Positions 10,647-19,431 of a stretch of 64,000 nucleotides of DNA are shown here, piece after piece. The notes under the pieces are model-generated. The model had not been told where the DNA came from, did not search any database, and saw only the letters and a list, made by a program, of their open reading frames with translations. The position numbers and the translations under genes were made by a program. Source of the DNA: Acidobacteriia bacterium AH_259_A11_L15 (GTDB lineage: Bacteria; Acidobacteriota; Terriglobia; Acidiferrales; 2-02-FULL-67-57); contig JALLOH010000002.1 in assembly GCA_027717655.1 (NCBI GenBank), positions 3,474 to 67,473 on the forward strand, given 5' to 3'. Every line of letters starts with the position of its first letter. The first letter of the stretch is position 1.

Positions 10647-10925
10647 CTAGGTCCATCGCAGGGTAACGTCATACTTGGCCGCCAGCTCTTGGGCGTCGGC
10701 GGCCAGGCGCTTGAAGTTGATGGAGGCGATGTTCATGTTGGCCAGAGCCACCTTCCAGCCTTTGCCCTCTCCCCTCCAATTCCACTCGTAAAGCTTTAGC
10801 TCCTGGCCGAACTTGCTCTTCAGGGCGCAGAGGGCCACCCAGCGCTTGGGGGTGCGAACGTAGGTGCGGGCCTCGAGGAGCTCGTAGTAGTCGCTCAGGG
10901 GGAGTTTTTCTGAATCGTCGCTCAC
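10647..10925 (-). CDS. hypothetical protein (about 92 aa)
   Basis: GTG start at 10925 preceded by GGAAGGAGAG, high GC3, ends 16 nt upstream of eno. No family recognised. The longer 182-aa ORF-track version has an implausible N-terminus. Confidence 0.5.
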   Translation of the reverse strand: MSDDSEKLPLSDYYELLEARTYVRTPKRWVALCALKSKFGQELKLYEWNWRGEGKGWKVALANMNIASINFKRLAADAQELAAKYDVTLRWT

Positions 10926-11202
10926 AGGGGCTCTCCTTCCGGCAGGAATTCTGGCCGTGGAGTCGGCCGCGAGGAAGAAGCGGGCGACCGGACGCCCATT
11001 ATAGCAAGCGACAGCGCGCGCCCGCGAAAAAATCGCCCCGGCCAGCCTCCCGGGGCCACTCCCGAGGGTGAAAAATTGCCCGTCCGGGGAAAAAAGACTC
11101 GCGGGGGCACAAAGGGGAGCGCCGGAGAAATCCCTTGACTGGCCACAGGCTTTTCGGTAAGTCTTACCAATCCTTGCTTGCTTACAAGAGACCAAAGGGG
11201 GT

Positions 11203-11409
11203 GTGGATCAGTTGGCCGAAGTTCGGATACAAGAGTCTGAATCCTTGGAAAGTGCTCTTCGGCGGTTCAAGCGGAAGGTGCAGCAAGAGGACATCATCAA
11301 GGACATCAAGAAACACTCCTACTACTTGAAGCCCGGGCAGCGACGCAGGATCAAGCAAGCTCTGGCACGCAAGCGAGCACGAAAAAAACAACGGCGTGAG
11401 CGCGGCTAG
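11203..11409 (+). CDS. rpsU: 30S ribosomal protein S21
   Basis: ESLESALRRFKRKVQQEDIIKDIKKHSYYLKPGQRRR... is the canonical S21 pattern. Confidence 0.9.
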   Translation: MDQLAEVRIQESESLESALRRFKRKVQQEDIIKDIKKHSYYLKPGQRRRIKQALARKRARKKQRRERG

Positions 11410-11480
11410 CCGCCCGGCAGGTACCCCGGGGAGTCGGGGGGGCGGTCTTGGCCGAGGTCGCACGCGTGGGGAGTCGGGGA

Positions 11481-11783
11481 ATGGAGTTCCAAGACAAGGT
11501 ACTGAGCTGTGTGGATTGCGGGTCCGAGTTCATCTTCACCGCCGGCGAGCAGATGTTTTTCGCCGACAAGGGCTTCAAGCACGAGCCCAAGCGCTGTAAG
11601 CCCTGCAAGGCCAAACGCAACCAGGTGAGCGAGAGCGGTCACTCCCACCGGGTAGAGACGGTCACCGTCTGCTCGCAGTGCGGCAAGGAGACCACGGTGC
11701 CCTTCAAGCCCACCCAGGGACGCCCGGTTTATTGCCGCGAGTGCTACCAGCAGAGGCGGACGGCCGGCGCCGCCGCCCTCTAG
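11481..11783 (+). CDS. zinc-ribbon (double CxxC) domain protein
   Basis: MEFQDKVLSCVDCGSEFIFTAGEQMFFADKGF..PKRCKPC and a second CSQCGKETTVPFKPTQGRPVYCRECY module. ATG at 11481. Confidence 0.7.
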   Translation: MEFQDKVLSCVDCGSEFIFTAGEQMFFADKGFKHEPKRCKPCKAKRNQVSESGHSHRVETVTVCSQCGKETTVPFKPTQGRPVYCRECYQQRRTAGAAAL

Positions 11784-12285
11784 GTTCCCGGGCACCACAA
11801 CTTGTCCTCCCCCGCGGGCAGGGGTGAGGTCCTTCCTGACGTTGCTCCCTGGCTGCGCCCGCGGAGAAGCCGAGCCCGCCAATCCCTAGAAATCGTGGAG
11901 AATACGGAATTCGAGAAGAAGGCAGGCTGGGGCGCGGCCAAAATTCGAAGACGGGCCGGTAACGGGAGCACCAACCCGGCCCGCCTTCGCTGCCGATAGT
12001 TGCGTTGCGCCGCTTTCCCGAATGTTTCGGGATGCCCGCAGCTTTAGCGGACGAACACAACTACCGTCTTGTCCAAACCCATCCCGCCGTTTTCTCTCCC
12101 CGGGCGCGCATCGGGCCGCGGCCCCTGGGCCCGGGAACCCCTAACGCTACGTTAGACGGCGATTGCCGGGCCCACGGTAGCAACCGCCGGTGAAATATTG
12201 TTCTCGCCCCCACCTCAGCAACCGGACTGGGTCCACCTTCAGCTTTCAAGAATGAACTACGTGGGGAGCGGCGGGCGGGTTCCCG

Positions 12286-12663
12286 CTATTTTTCGAAGAT
12301 GACCTGGGCGAAGACGAATTGCTCCGCGTGGGATAAGGATACGAAAATCTCTCGCACGCCCTGGCGGCGGGCGAATTCCCTGGCCTGGCCGAACAGCGCC
12401 AAGGTGGGGCGGCCCCCGGGTTGGTTGGTCACTTCCACGTCCAGCCAGCGCACGCCGCGCTTCCAACCGGTGCCCAGGGCCTTGAAGGCGGCCTCCTTGG
12501 CGGCGAAGCGGGCGGCATAGCGCTCCCATTTGTTTCGCTTGCGCTCGCAGTAGGCGATTTCCTTGGGGGTGAAGACCCGCTCCAAGAAGCGCCGCCCGTA
12601 GCGCTGGGCCGCCTCGCGGATGCGAGCGGGTTCGGCGATGTCGATTCCCAGGCCGACGATCAT
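12286..12663 (-). CDS. acpS: holo-[acyl-carrier-protein] synthase
   Basis: MIVGLGIDIAE...FAAKEAAFKALG...SLSH, typical AcpS of 125 aa. Confidence 0.9.
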   Translation of the reverse strand: MIVGLGIDIAEPARIREAAQRYGRRFLERVFTPKEIAYCERKRNKWERYAARFAAKEAAFKALGTGWKRGVRWLDVEVTNQPGGRPTLALFGQAREFARRQGVREIFVSLSHAEQFVFAQVIFEK

Positions 12664-12760
12664 TTTCCCGTGCCCGGTGGGCAGTGCCCGGCGACCAAGT
12701 AGAGGCGTTGCGCTGCTAGTGTATCATCAACCTGAGGACCGCTCACGGAGGGCGCCAGGT

Positions 12761-13558
12761 TTGGCCAAGCAGGGAGAAAAAAGGGGCGAAAACTGGCTGA
12801 AGTTTTTGGGCACGGCAGGGGCGCGCTTTGTGGTGACCAAGCAGTTGCGAGCCTCGGGCGGGCTGTGGGCGTGCCTGGAAGGAGTGAACGTCCTGGTGGA
12901 CCCCGGGCCGGGCTGCCTGGTGCGCTGCCTGAACTCGAAGCCCAGGCTTGACCCCACCAGGCTCGATGCCCTCCTGCTCTCGCACCGCCACCTCGACCAC
13001 TCGAACGACATCAACCTGATGATGGAGGCGATGAGCGAGGGTGGGTTCAAGCGCCGCGGGCGCGTGTTCGTGCCCGGCGAGGCGCTGGAAGAGGATCCGG
13101 TGGTGCTGCGCTACGTCCGCGGCTACGTGGAAGAGATCGTCCCGCTGAAGGCAGGCGGGCGGTACCAACTCGGGCCGCGGGTGGGGTTCCACACCCCCAT
13201 CACCCACCAGCACGGGACGGAGACCTACGGGTTCGTCTTCGAAACCCCGAAGCACACCCTCAGCTACATCACCTGCACACTTTTTTTCCCGGAGCTGGCG
13301 AAGGCTTACGCGGGCTGCGACACGCTGCTGATCAACACCGTCCGGCTGAAGGGGGACGAGAGGAAAGACATCAAGCACCTGACCCTCGACGATGCTCGCA
13401 CTCTAATCCGGGCCATCAAGCCGCGAACCGCCCTTCTGACCCACTTTGGGATGACCATGATCCGTGCCAAGCCATGGGAGCTGGCCAAGAAGCTGAGCGA
13501 GGAGACCGGGGTCGAGGTCATCGCCGCCCGCGACGGCATGCGGCACGAGCTGAAGTGA
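12761..13558 (+). CDS. MBL-fold metallo-hydrolase
   Basis: LKFLGTAG...LVDPGPG...LLLSHRHLDHSND (HxHxDH). I prefer the TTG at 12761 (GGAGGG 8 nt upstream) because the ORF-track start at 12620 overlaps acpS. Confidence 0.75.
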   Translation: MAKQGEKRGENWLKFLGTAGARFVVTKQLRASGGLWACLEGVNVLVDPGPGCLVRCLNSKPRLDPTRLDALLLSHRHLDHSNDINLMMEAMSEGGFKRRGRVFVPGEALEEDPVVLRYVRGYVEEIVPLKAGGRYQLGPRVGFHTPITHQHGTETYGFVFETPKHTLSYITCTLFFPELAKAYAGCDTLLINTVRLKGDERKDIKHLTLDDARTLIRAIKPRTALLTHFGMTMIRAKPWELAKKLSEETGVEVIAARDGMRHELK

Positions 13559-14484
13559 AGCGAAAACGTCGAAGCCAGAAACCAAAAATCAAGCTGCTGC
13601 AAGCCCCGCGGCTGGCCCGGCTGAAATGGCTCCGGCACGCCTTCACCACGCGCTTGCCGGGCGGCTTCAACCTGAACTACTCCGCAGCGGATCGGCCCGC
13701 AAAAGTAGAAAAGAACCGACGGGCGCTTCTGCGAGCGCTGGGGGCGAAGACGCCCGGGCCGGGCTGGCAGCTCATCACTCTGCGGCAGCGCCACACCGAC
13801 ATCATTCGGGCGATCGCGAGCACGCCACCGGAGCAACTTTCTGGTTCGCAGCGGGAGCGCGCTGGCGGCGTCAAGCTGGTCGGCGATGCCGCAGTTAGCG
13901 ACCAGCCGGGGTACCTCTTGGCCGTGCAGGTGGCCGACTGCCTGCCCATCCTGCTGGTTGATGTCGAGCAGCGCGTGGTGGCCGCCGTGCACGCCGGCTG
14001 GCGGGGCACATTGTCGAGCCTCGCCGCCAAGGCAGTGGGGCGGATGCGGCAGGACTTCGGCTGCAAACCGAAGAGAATCCTGGCGGCCATCGGGCCCGGC
14101 ATCCACGAGTGCTGCTACGAAGTAGGTCGGGCAGTGGTCGAGGCGTACGAGGGTCGCTTCCCGTACGGGGAGAAGCTCTTTCGGCGCACCCAGCCTTCGC
14201 CCAGCGAAGTCCACTGGCAGCAGCCGCGGCTCGAACCCTCCCCAAGCTTCGGAACCCGGGAGCGGCGGCCCCGGCCGGCGGCCACCTCACCGCGGGCGGA
14301 AAGGTTTCATCTCGACCTGGTCGAAGCCAACCAGCGCCAGCTCCTCGCCGCCGGGCTGCAGCCACGAAATATCTGGGCGTCGCCGTTCTGCACCGCCTGC
14401 CGGACGGATTTGTTCTTCTCCCACCGCGCGGAACAGGGCCGCACAGGAAGGATGATGGCAGTTATCGGCTTGGTCGAGCGCTGA
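13555..14484 (+). CDS. pgeF: peptidoglycan editing factor PgeF (YfiH / laccase-domain, DUF152 family)
   Basis: LRHAFTTR, HTDII, ADCLPILL, AAVHAGWRGT, CCYEVG, FSHR motifs. The GTG start at 13555 overlaps the upstream stop (GTGA). Carries an about 40-aa Pro/Arg-rich insertion (SPSEVHWQQPRLEPSPSFGTRERRPRPAATSP). Confidence 0.85.
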   Translation: MKRKRRSQKPKIKLLQAPRLARLKWLRHAFTTRLPGGFNLNYSAADRPAKVEKNRRALLRALGAKTPGPGWQLITLRQRHTDIIRAIASTPPEQLSGSQRERAGGVKLVGDAAVSDQPGYLLAVQVADCLPILLVDVEQRVVAAVHAGWRGTLSSLAAKAVGRMRQDFGCKPKRILAAIGPGIHECCYEVGRAVVEAYEGRFPYGEKLFRRTQPSPSEVHWQQPRLEPSPSFGTRERRPRPAATSPRAERFHLDLVEANQRQLLAAGLQPRNIWASPFCTACRTDLFFSHRAEQGRTGRMMAVIGLVER

Positions 14485-14550
14485 GATTCTTCGCCTGTCT
14501 GCCGCCCGCCTGCGGTAGGCAGGACAGGCAGGGCTCCGCTCAGAATGACA
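14484..14550. repeat. family-A repeat variant between convergent pgeF and radical-SAM genes
   Basis: GAGATTCTTCGCC...GGTAGGCAGGACAGGCAGGGCTCCGCTCAGAATGACAA. Confidence 0.6.
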
Positions 14551-14605
14551 AAAAAGGAAGGCGGAACGAGGGCGGAAGCAGAGCGCTGAGGGGCTTGACC
14601 GCTGG

Positions 14606-16093
14606 CTAGTCGGCGCCCACGGGCTCGGGATGGGACTCCGGGGGTTCGGCGACCGGGGGCCGGCCGGCGAAGACCTCCCAGAGGGCCCGGCGGTAGCTCC
14701 AGGTAGCCCTGAGCCAGGCGCGCACGGTCATCTGGCGGAAGTAGACCCCGCGGAAGGCCATGGTGGCGAACATATAGATCATTTTGTGCACCCACCGGCG
14801 GCCGCGCAGACGCCGCATGCGCTCCAGCACGCTCCCGGCGCTGTAGGCGAGGCGCCAGGCGGTGCGGATTTCCGTTTCCAGTTCCGCCGGAGTCATCTGC
14901 TTGGGCTGGAAGGCGGCGCCGTAGGGACGGTAATGGAGCCAATGGCGCTGCTCCAAGCGGTTCTGCTGGCGAAGCATCTTGAACAGGGGCGTGCCCGGGA
15001 GCGGAGTGAGCTGGCTGAAGATGGGGAAGAAACTCGGCGTCCAGCCGCGCAACACCTCCCAGGTGCGCGCGGCCACGCCGGGGCGGTCGGCGTCGATGCC
15101 GAAGATGAACCCGGTGACCGAGTATATCTTGCGGCGGTGCAGCTCCGCGATGATGTGGGCGTACTCCTCGGGCTTGTTGAAGCTCTTGCTCACCTGGGCC
15201 AGGCTCTCGGGGAGCACCGACTCCAGCCCGATGAAGACCCCGATGCAGCCGGAGCGCTTCATCAGGTCGAGCAGCTCCGGGTCGCGCAGCAGGTTCATGG
15301 AGATCTGCCCGGCCCAGGGCATGCGGATCCCGGCCTCAATCATGTCGCGCAGCAGCGACTTGGTGCGCGGCGGGTTGATGGCAAAGTTGTCGTCCACGAA
15401 GAAGACAAAGGTTCGGCCCAGACGCTTGAGCAACCGCAGTTCTTCGATGACGTTCTCGTTGGTGCGGAAGCGGACCTTTTCACCGAAGAAGGGGCTGACA
15501 GTGCAGAAGTCGCAGCGGTAGGGGCACCCGCGGCCGGTCTCCACCGGGGTGATGTTGATGTCGTAGCGCTCGTAGCCCGTGGCGCGCAGCAGGCGATAGA
15601 GCCAGCGGGGCAGGAGGGTGAACTGCTTGAAGTCCATCTTCTCCCAGCCCAGGATGGGGTAATTTTCCAGGCTGGGCTTATCGTCGGCGCGGTAAATCGG
15701 CTGTAACTTGGCGGCTTCGAAGTCAGCCAGCATTTGCGGCCAGAGGGCGTCGGCTTCCCCGCAGGCGACCGCATCGGCGTGCTGCAGGGCTTCTTCCGGC
15801 TCCTCCGTGACATGCGGGCCCCCCATTATCACCGGCACGCCCAGGGCACGCACGCTGTCGGCCACCGCGTAGGAGCGGTGGATGGTGCGGGTCATCCCGC
15901 CAATGCCGACCAGGTCCACTTTTTCGCGGCGGATGTAGTCGGCCAGTTGCTCGGGGTTGAGGCGGATGACATTGCCGTCCACGGTGATCACCTGGTGAGC
16001 GGGCGGGGTAAGCGCTTTCAGCAGGTGCGGCCACAGCGTGGGCATATAGCTGTGGGTGATGGCATTGTCGGGGACGTAGAAGAGAATGCGCAA
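14606..16093 (-). CDS. B12-binding domain-containing radical SAM protein (DUF4070-type C-terminus)
   Basis: N-terminal cobalamin-binding-like Rossmann part (VDLVGIGGMT...VIMGGPHVT) and radical SAM cluster motif GRGCPYRCDFCTV. TTG at 16093 (MRILFYVPDN) is the likely start. The ORF-track start is 16171. Confidence 0.85.
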   Translation of the reverse strand: MRILFYVPDNAITHSYMPTLWPHLLKALTPPAHQVITVDGNVIRLNPEQLADYIRREKVDLVGIGGMTRTIHRSYAVADSVRALGVPVIMGGPHVTEEPEEALQHADAVACGEADALWPQMLADFEAAKLQPIYRADDKPSLENYPILGWEKMDFKQFTLLPRWLYRLLRATGYERYDINITPVETGRGCPYRCDFCTVSPFFGEKVRFRTNENVIEELRLLKRLGRTFVFFVDDNFAINPPRTKSLLRDMIEAGIRMPWAGQISMNLLRDPELLDLMKRSGCIGVFIGLESVLPESLAQVSKSFNKPEEYAHIIAELHRRKIYSVTGFIFGIDADRPGVAARTWEVLRGWTPSFFPIFSQLTPLPGTPLFKMLRQQNRLEQRHWLHYRPYGAAFQPKQMTPAELETEIRTAWRLAYSAGSVLERMRRLRGRRWVHKMIYMFATMAFRGVYFRQMTVRAWLRATWSYRRALWEVFAGRPPVAEPPESHPEPVGAD

Positions 16094-16288
16094 AGAGTGC
16101 CTCGCAGCAAAAAGTATCGCGCCCGACCTCGGAAACCGCTGCAGTCTATGCCCAGCCGGGGATAGTGTCAATGGCTTTCTGCGGTGGCGGGGAGAGGAGG
16201 GAGGACGGACGGGGAATGACCGGGGCGAGCTGGTCTTCGGTGCTAGGGAAGTGGGAGAGATTCGCCGGCCGGCTGCGACAGGAGTGAC

Positions 16289-17452
16289 TCAGGTAGCTTC
16301 CTGCAGCCAAAGCAGGATACTGGCGATTTCGGTGAGGACGGAGTCGACTTCGTCTTCCGTGTTGTAGAAGTGGGGGGAGAGGCGGATGCCGGCGCCGGGG
16401 CGGTAGTCAACCAGAATGTCCCGCCGCAGCAGCTCTCGCAGCACCTCCGGCCCCCGGGGGATGTCAAGCGTCACAGTGCCGCCACGCTGGTGATCGGCCT
16501 CGGGGGTATGGACGCGCCAGCCGCGCTGGCGAGCCCCCTCAATCAAGCGGCGCGTCAGTTGCCGCGAGTGCTCGCGAATGCGACTGACGCCCACCTGCTG
16601 GATGATGTCCAGCCCGGGCCGGGCAGCATAAAACGCGGGGATGTGCGGGGTGCCGTTGAGGAAGCGGAAGGCGTCGTCGCGGTAGGCCCCGGGGCCGACC
16701 TGGAAGTTGAACGGCTGTGGGTGAGCGAGCCAGCCGGTAATCATGGGCTCGAGCTTGGCGTGCAGGTCGGGCCGAACGTATAAGTAGGCCACGCCCGGGC
16801 CGCCGCAGAGCCACTTCAGCGTCCCGCCCACCAGGAAGTCCACATTCCATTTCTTGGCTTCGACGGGCAGGACGCCGGCTGACTGGTAGGCATCCAGCAA
16901 AACGTGGGCGCCGACGCGATGGGCCTTCTCGACGATGGCGGGGACGTCCTGGATGTAGGCGCTGCGGAAAAGGACGTGGGAGATGGGCACCAGCAGGGTG
17001 CGCTCGTCGATCGCCTTCAGCAATTTTTCGGTGGGGACGCACAGCGGGTCTTCTTCGGTGCGGACCAGCTCGATTTCGGCTCCACGAGCGCGCTGGGCGT
17101 GCCAGAAGTAGAGGATGGACGGGAACTGCTTGTCGGTCAGCACCACCTTGCGGCGGGGGCCCTCGAAGTTGAAACAGGAGGCCACGACCGCCTGGGTGAG
17201 GGTGACGTTGGTGTGAAGCGAAATCGTGCCCGGGTCGGCGCCCACGAGGGGGGCAATCTTGTCGCCGAGGGCGACGGCCATCTCCCACCAGCCTTCTTCC
17301 CAGGCCCGCACCCCGCGGGTGGCCCAGGCGCGGGCGTAGTCGGCCAGCGCGCGCTCGACCGCGCGCGGCATGGCCCCCAAGGAGTTGCTGATCATGTAGG
17401 TGGTGGTTTCGAGAATCGGGAACTCCTTGCGCCAGGCCAACAGGTCGGTCAT
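16289..17452 (-). CDS. kynureninase-family PLP-dependent hydrolase (class V aminotransferase fold)
   Basis: YMISNSLGAMP, GVRAWEEGWW, DFLVGGTLKWLCGGPGVAYLYV (PLP-Lys region resembling kynureninase tyKYLNGGPG). Confidence 0.7.
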   Translation of the reverse strand: MTDLLAWRKEFPILETTTYMISNSLGAMPRAVERALADYARAWATRGVRAWEEGWWEMAVALGDKIAPLVGADPGTISLHTNVTLTQAVVASCFNFEGPRRKVVLTDKQFPSILYFWHAQRARGAEIELVRTEEDPLCVPTEKLLKAIDERTLLVPISHVLFRSAYIQDVPAIVEKAHRVGAHVLLDAYQSAGVLPVEAKKWNVDFLVGGTLKWLCGGPGVAYLYVRPDLHAKLEPMITGWLAHPQPFNFQVGPGAYRDDAFRFLNGTPHIPAFYAARPGLDIIQQVGVSRIREHSRQLTRRLIEGARQRGWRVHTPEADHQRGGTVTLDIPRGPEVLRELLRRDILVDYRPGAGIRLSPHFYNTEDEVDSVLTEIASILLWLQEAT

Positions 17453-18888
17453 CGCTCACCCCCCGAGGAAGTTTGTCGGCGGCGCCAGCGCCACAGCAGA
17501 TAAGCTAGAGAAAGCAGCCCCAGCCAGGGCAGGCCCACCGGCAGGGTAACATTGAGCCCTTCGACGAACCACGTCCCCATCAAGACTACGGCCAAACCGG
17601 CCAGGCCCAGCCAGGTCACCACCGGGAAGCCCGGCATAAAGGTGCGGAGGTTGGCTTGGCCGCGGCGGGCGCGGCGGAAGGCCAGGTGGGTCACCAGAAT
17701 CATGATCCAAACAAAGATCCCTCCGAAGAAGGCCACTCCAATCATATAGAGATAGGCTTGCTGGGGAAAAAACTTCTTCATCAGCACGGCGGCTACCATG
17801 CCGACGCTGGAGAGGAGCAGCGCCGCCAAAGGGACGCCGCGGCGGGTGAGCCGGCCCAGCGCCGCCGGGGCGTAGCCGCCGCGGGAGAGCGAAAACAGCA
17901 TCCGGGAGGTGAGGTAGAGGTTGGTGTTGGCGCTGGAGAGGGCGGCGGTCAGGACGACGAAGTTCATGACGCCGGAAGCCGCGGGGAGGCCTACAGCCTC
18001 GAAGGCGCGCACGAAGGGGCTGACGTCGAGGCCCACGCGCCCCCAGGGCACCAGTCCCACCAGCAGGGCCATCCCCCCCACGTAGAACAGACCCAGGCGC
18101 CAGAAGACCGAGCGGAGCGCCCGCGGCACGGTGCGCTTCGGGTCCTGCGCTTCCCCGGCAGTGACCGCCACCACCTCGACGCCGAGGTAGCTGAAGACGG
18201 CCATGCTCAGGGCCAGCACCACGCCGCCCCAGCCGTGCGGCAGGAAGCCGCCGTGGGCGGTGTAGTTCTCGAAACCCACGCGCTCCAGCGGGCCGACGCC
18301 GAAGAGCAAGCTGACGCCCACGACGAGGAAGAGGACGATGGCGACCACCTTGATGAGGGCGAACCAGTACTCGAAGGTACCGAAGCTGGCCACGCTCCAG
18401 GCGTTGGCCGCGACCAAGCCGACAGAGAAAGCGATTACCCAGACCCAGCCCGGGACGTGGGGAAACCAAAAGTTGCAGTAGATGGCGGCGGCGACGACTT
18501 CGCTGCCGATGGCGATCACCTGGGCAAACCAGTAGGAGTAGCGCATGGTGAAGCCGGCCCAGGGGTGGAGGTAGATTTCCGCATACACGCCGAAGGAGCC
18601 GGCCACCGGGTGGGCCACGGCCATCTCCGCCAAAGCCCAGGCGATGACCAGGGCGATGAAGGCAGCCACCAGGTAAGAAAGAACAACCCCGGGGCCGGCC
18701 AGGGGAATCGCAATGCCCGAGCCCAGGAACAGCCCGGTGCCGATGGCCCCACCCAGGGCGATCATGCTGAGCTGGCGGGGAGTGAGCCGGCGAGCGAGGA
18801 CGTCCTCGCCCGAATCGGGCGAGCCCGAATCGGGCAAGCGGGCGGCGCCCGTAGCGGCGCGGGGCGGCTGGGGCGGCGCGGGGGACAA
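17449..18888 (-). CDS. amino acid permease (APC superfamily)
   Basis: LTPRQLSMIALGGAIGTGLFLGSG signature, about 12 TM segments. Its stop overlaps the start of the downstream kynureninase-like gene. Confidence 0.9.
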   Translation of the reverse strand: MSPAPPQPPRAATGAARLPDSGSPDSGEDVLARRLTPRQLSMIALGGAIGTGLFLGSGIAIPLAGPGVVLSYLVAAFIALVIAWALAEMAVAHPVAGSFGVYAEIYLHPWAGFTMRYSYWFAQVIAIGSEVVAAAIYCNFWFPHVPGWVWVIAFSVGLVAANAWSVASFGTFEYWFALIKVVAIVLFLVVGVSLLFGVGPLERVGFENYTAHGGFLPHGWGGVVLALSMAVFSYLGVEVVAVTAGEAQDPKRTVPRALRSVFWRLGLFYVGGMALLVGLVPWGRVGLDVSPFVRAFEAVGLPAASGVMNFVVLTAALSSANTNLYLTSRMLFSLSRGGYAPAALGRLTRRGVPLAALLLSSVGMVAAVLMKKFFPQQAYLYMIGVAFFGGIFVWIMILVTHLAFRRARRGQANLRTFMPGFPVVTWLGLAGLAVVLMGTWFVEGLNVTLPVGLPWLGLLSLAYLLWRWRRRQTSSGGER

Positions 18889-19000
18889 AGCGCCCCATCC
18901 TAGTCAAGCCGGGGCGAAGGGTCAATGCGCAGCTAAAGAGTAAAGTTCCGGAGAGTACCCGGCGTGGCGAGAATTTTTGCCCGGTGCCCCGAGAAGGAGC

Positions 19001-19080
19001 GGGAGGGGCTAAACCCCTCCCCTACAGGCGCCGCGAATACAGAGAGCAGGTGTAGGGCGGGGGTTTAGCCCCCGCCCCGA
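19001..19080. repeat. two inverted family-D repeat copies
   Basis: GGGAGGGGCTAAACCCCTCCCCTAC and GTAGGGCGGGGGTTTAGCCCCCGCCCC. Confidence 0.7.
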
Positions 19081-19099
19081 ACCGGCCAGGGCGAAGACT

Positions 19100-19357
19100 T
19101 CAGGCCCCGGCGAAGCGGTTGTAGATCAAGGCGAAGACGCCGCCGCCAATCAGTCCGTCCAGCAGGCCGTAGAGCGTCCCTATAATGACCTGCCCGAAGC
19201 TCTGGGTGGCGTGGTAGCCAGGATAAACTGAGGCCATGGCCTGGAGGAATTCCTGGCCGTAGCCGGTCCAGAGATTGAACAGGCCGCTCAGGAACATGGC
19301 GCCGATGCCCCAGAACAGGGCCAGGGTAATGGCCAGACCTTTGACACTGAGTTTCAT
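19100..19357 (-). CDS. small hypothetical membrane protein (85 aa)
   Basis: ATG at 19357 preceded by GGAGGTG, with two or three hydrophobic helices (LAITLALFWGIGAMFLSGLF; GGGVFALIYNRF). The 446-aa ORF-track version is a GC-shadow extension. Confidence 0.55.
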   Translation of the reverse strand: MKLSVKGLAITLALFWGIGAMFLSGLFNLWTGYGQEFLQAMASVYPGYHATQSFGQVIIGTLYGLLDGLIGGGVFALIYNRFAGA

Positions 19358-19431
19358 AGGTGCACCTCCGCGGTAGGTGGGGCCGACCGGCTCCATTCTA
19401 CCTCCAAAAAAGCCCCTTCGGCCCACCGGGG

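Noticed and set aside
11784-12285. tmRNA, RNase P RNA or SRP RNA in the long convergent gap. A GCTTTAGCGGACGAACACAACTAC stretch superficially resembles a tmRNA tag region, and ACCAACCCGGCC resembles the RNase P ACAGAACCCGGC motif.
   Set aside because: There is no in-frame stop giving a short Ala-rich tag and no GGGG...CCACCA acceptor pairing. There is no GAGGAAAGTCCGG P4 motif and no GGAA-tetraloop SRP domain IV motif on either strand. The gap is kept only as a generic ncRNA candidate.
12620-12760. Longer 312-aa version of the MBL hydrolase ORF, and likewise the upstream-extended ORF-track starts at 3367, 5734, 16171, 20574, 25714, 29006, 29839, 34043, 37478, 47579 and 47906.
   Set aside because: The extensions overlap neighbouring genes or repeats, lack an RBS, and add non-conserved Arg/Pro-rich N-termini. 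Internal starts with an RBS, signal peptides or conserved N-termini were preferred.
13555-14484. The Pro/Arg-rich about 40-aa insertion in PgeF (around 14190-14310) as another repeat-element insertion.
   Set aside because: Its DNA does not match any of the five repeat families I could define in this window. It may simply be a lineage-specific loop.
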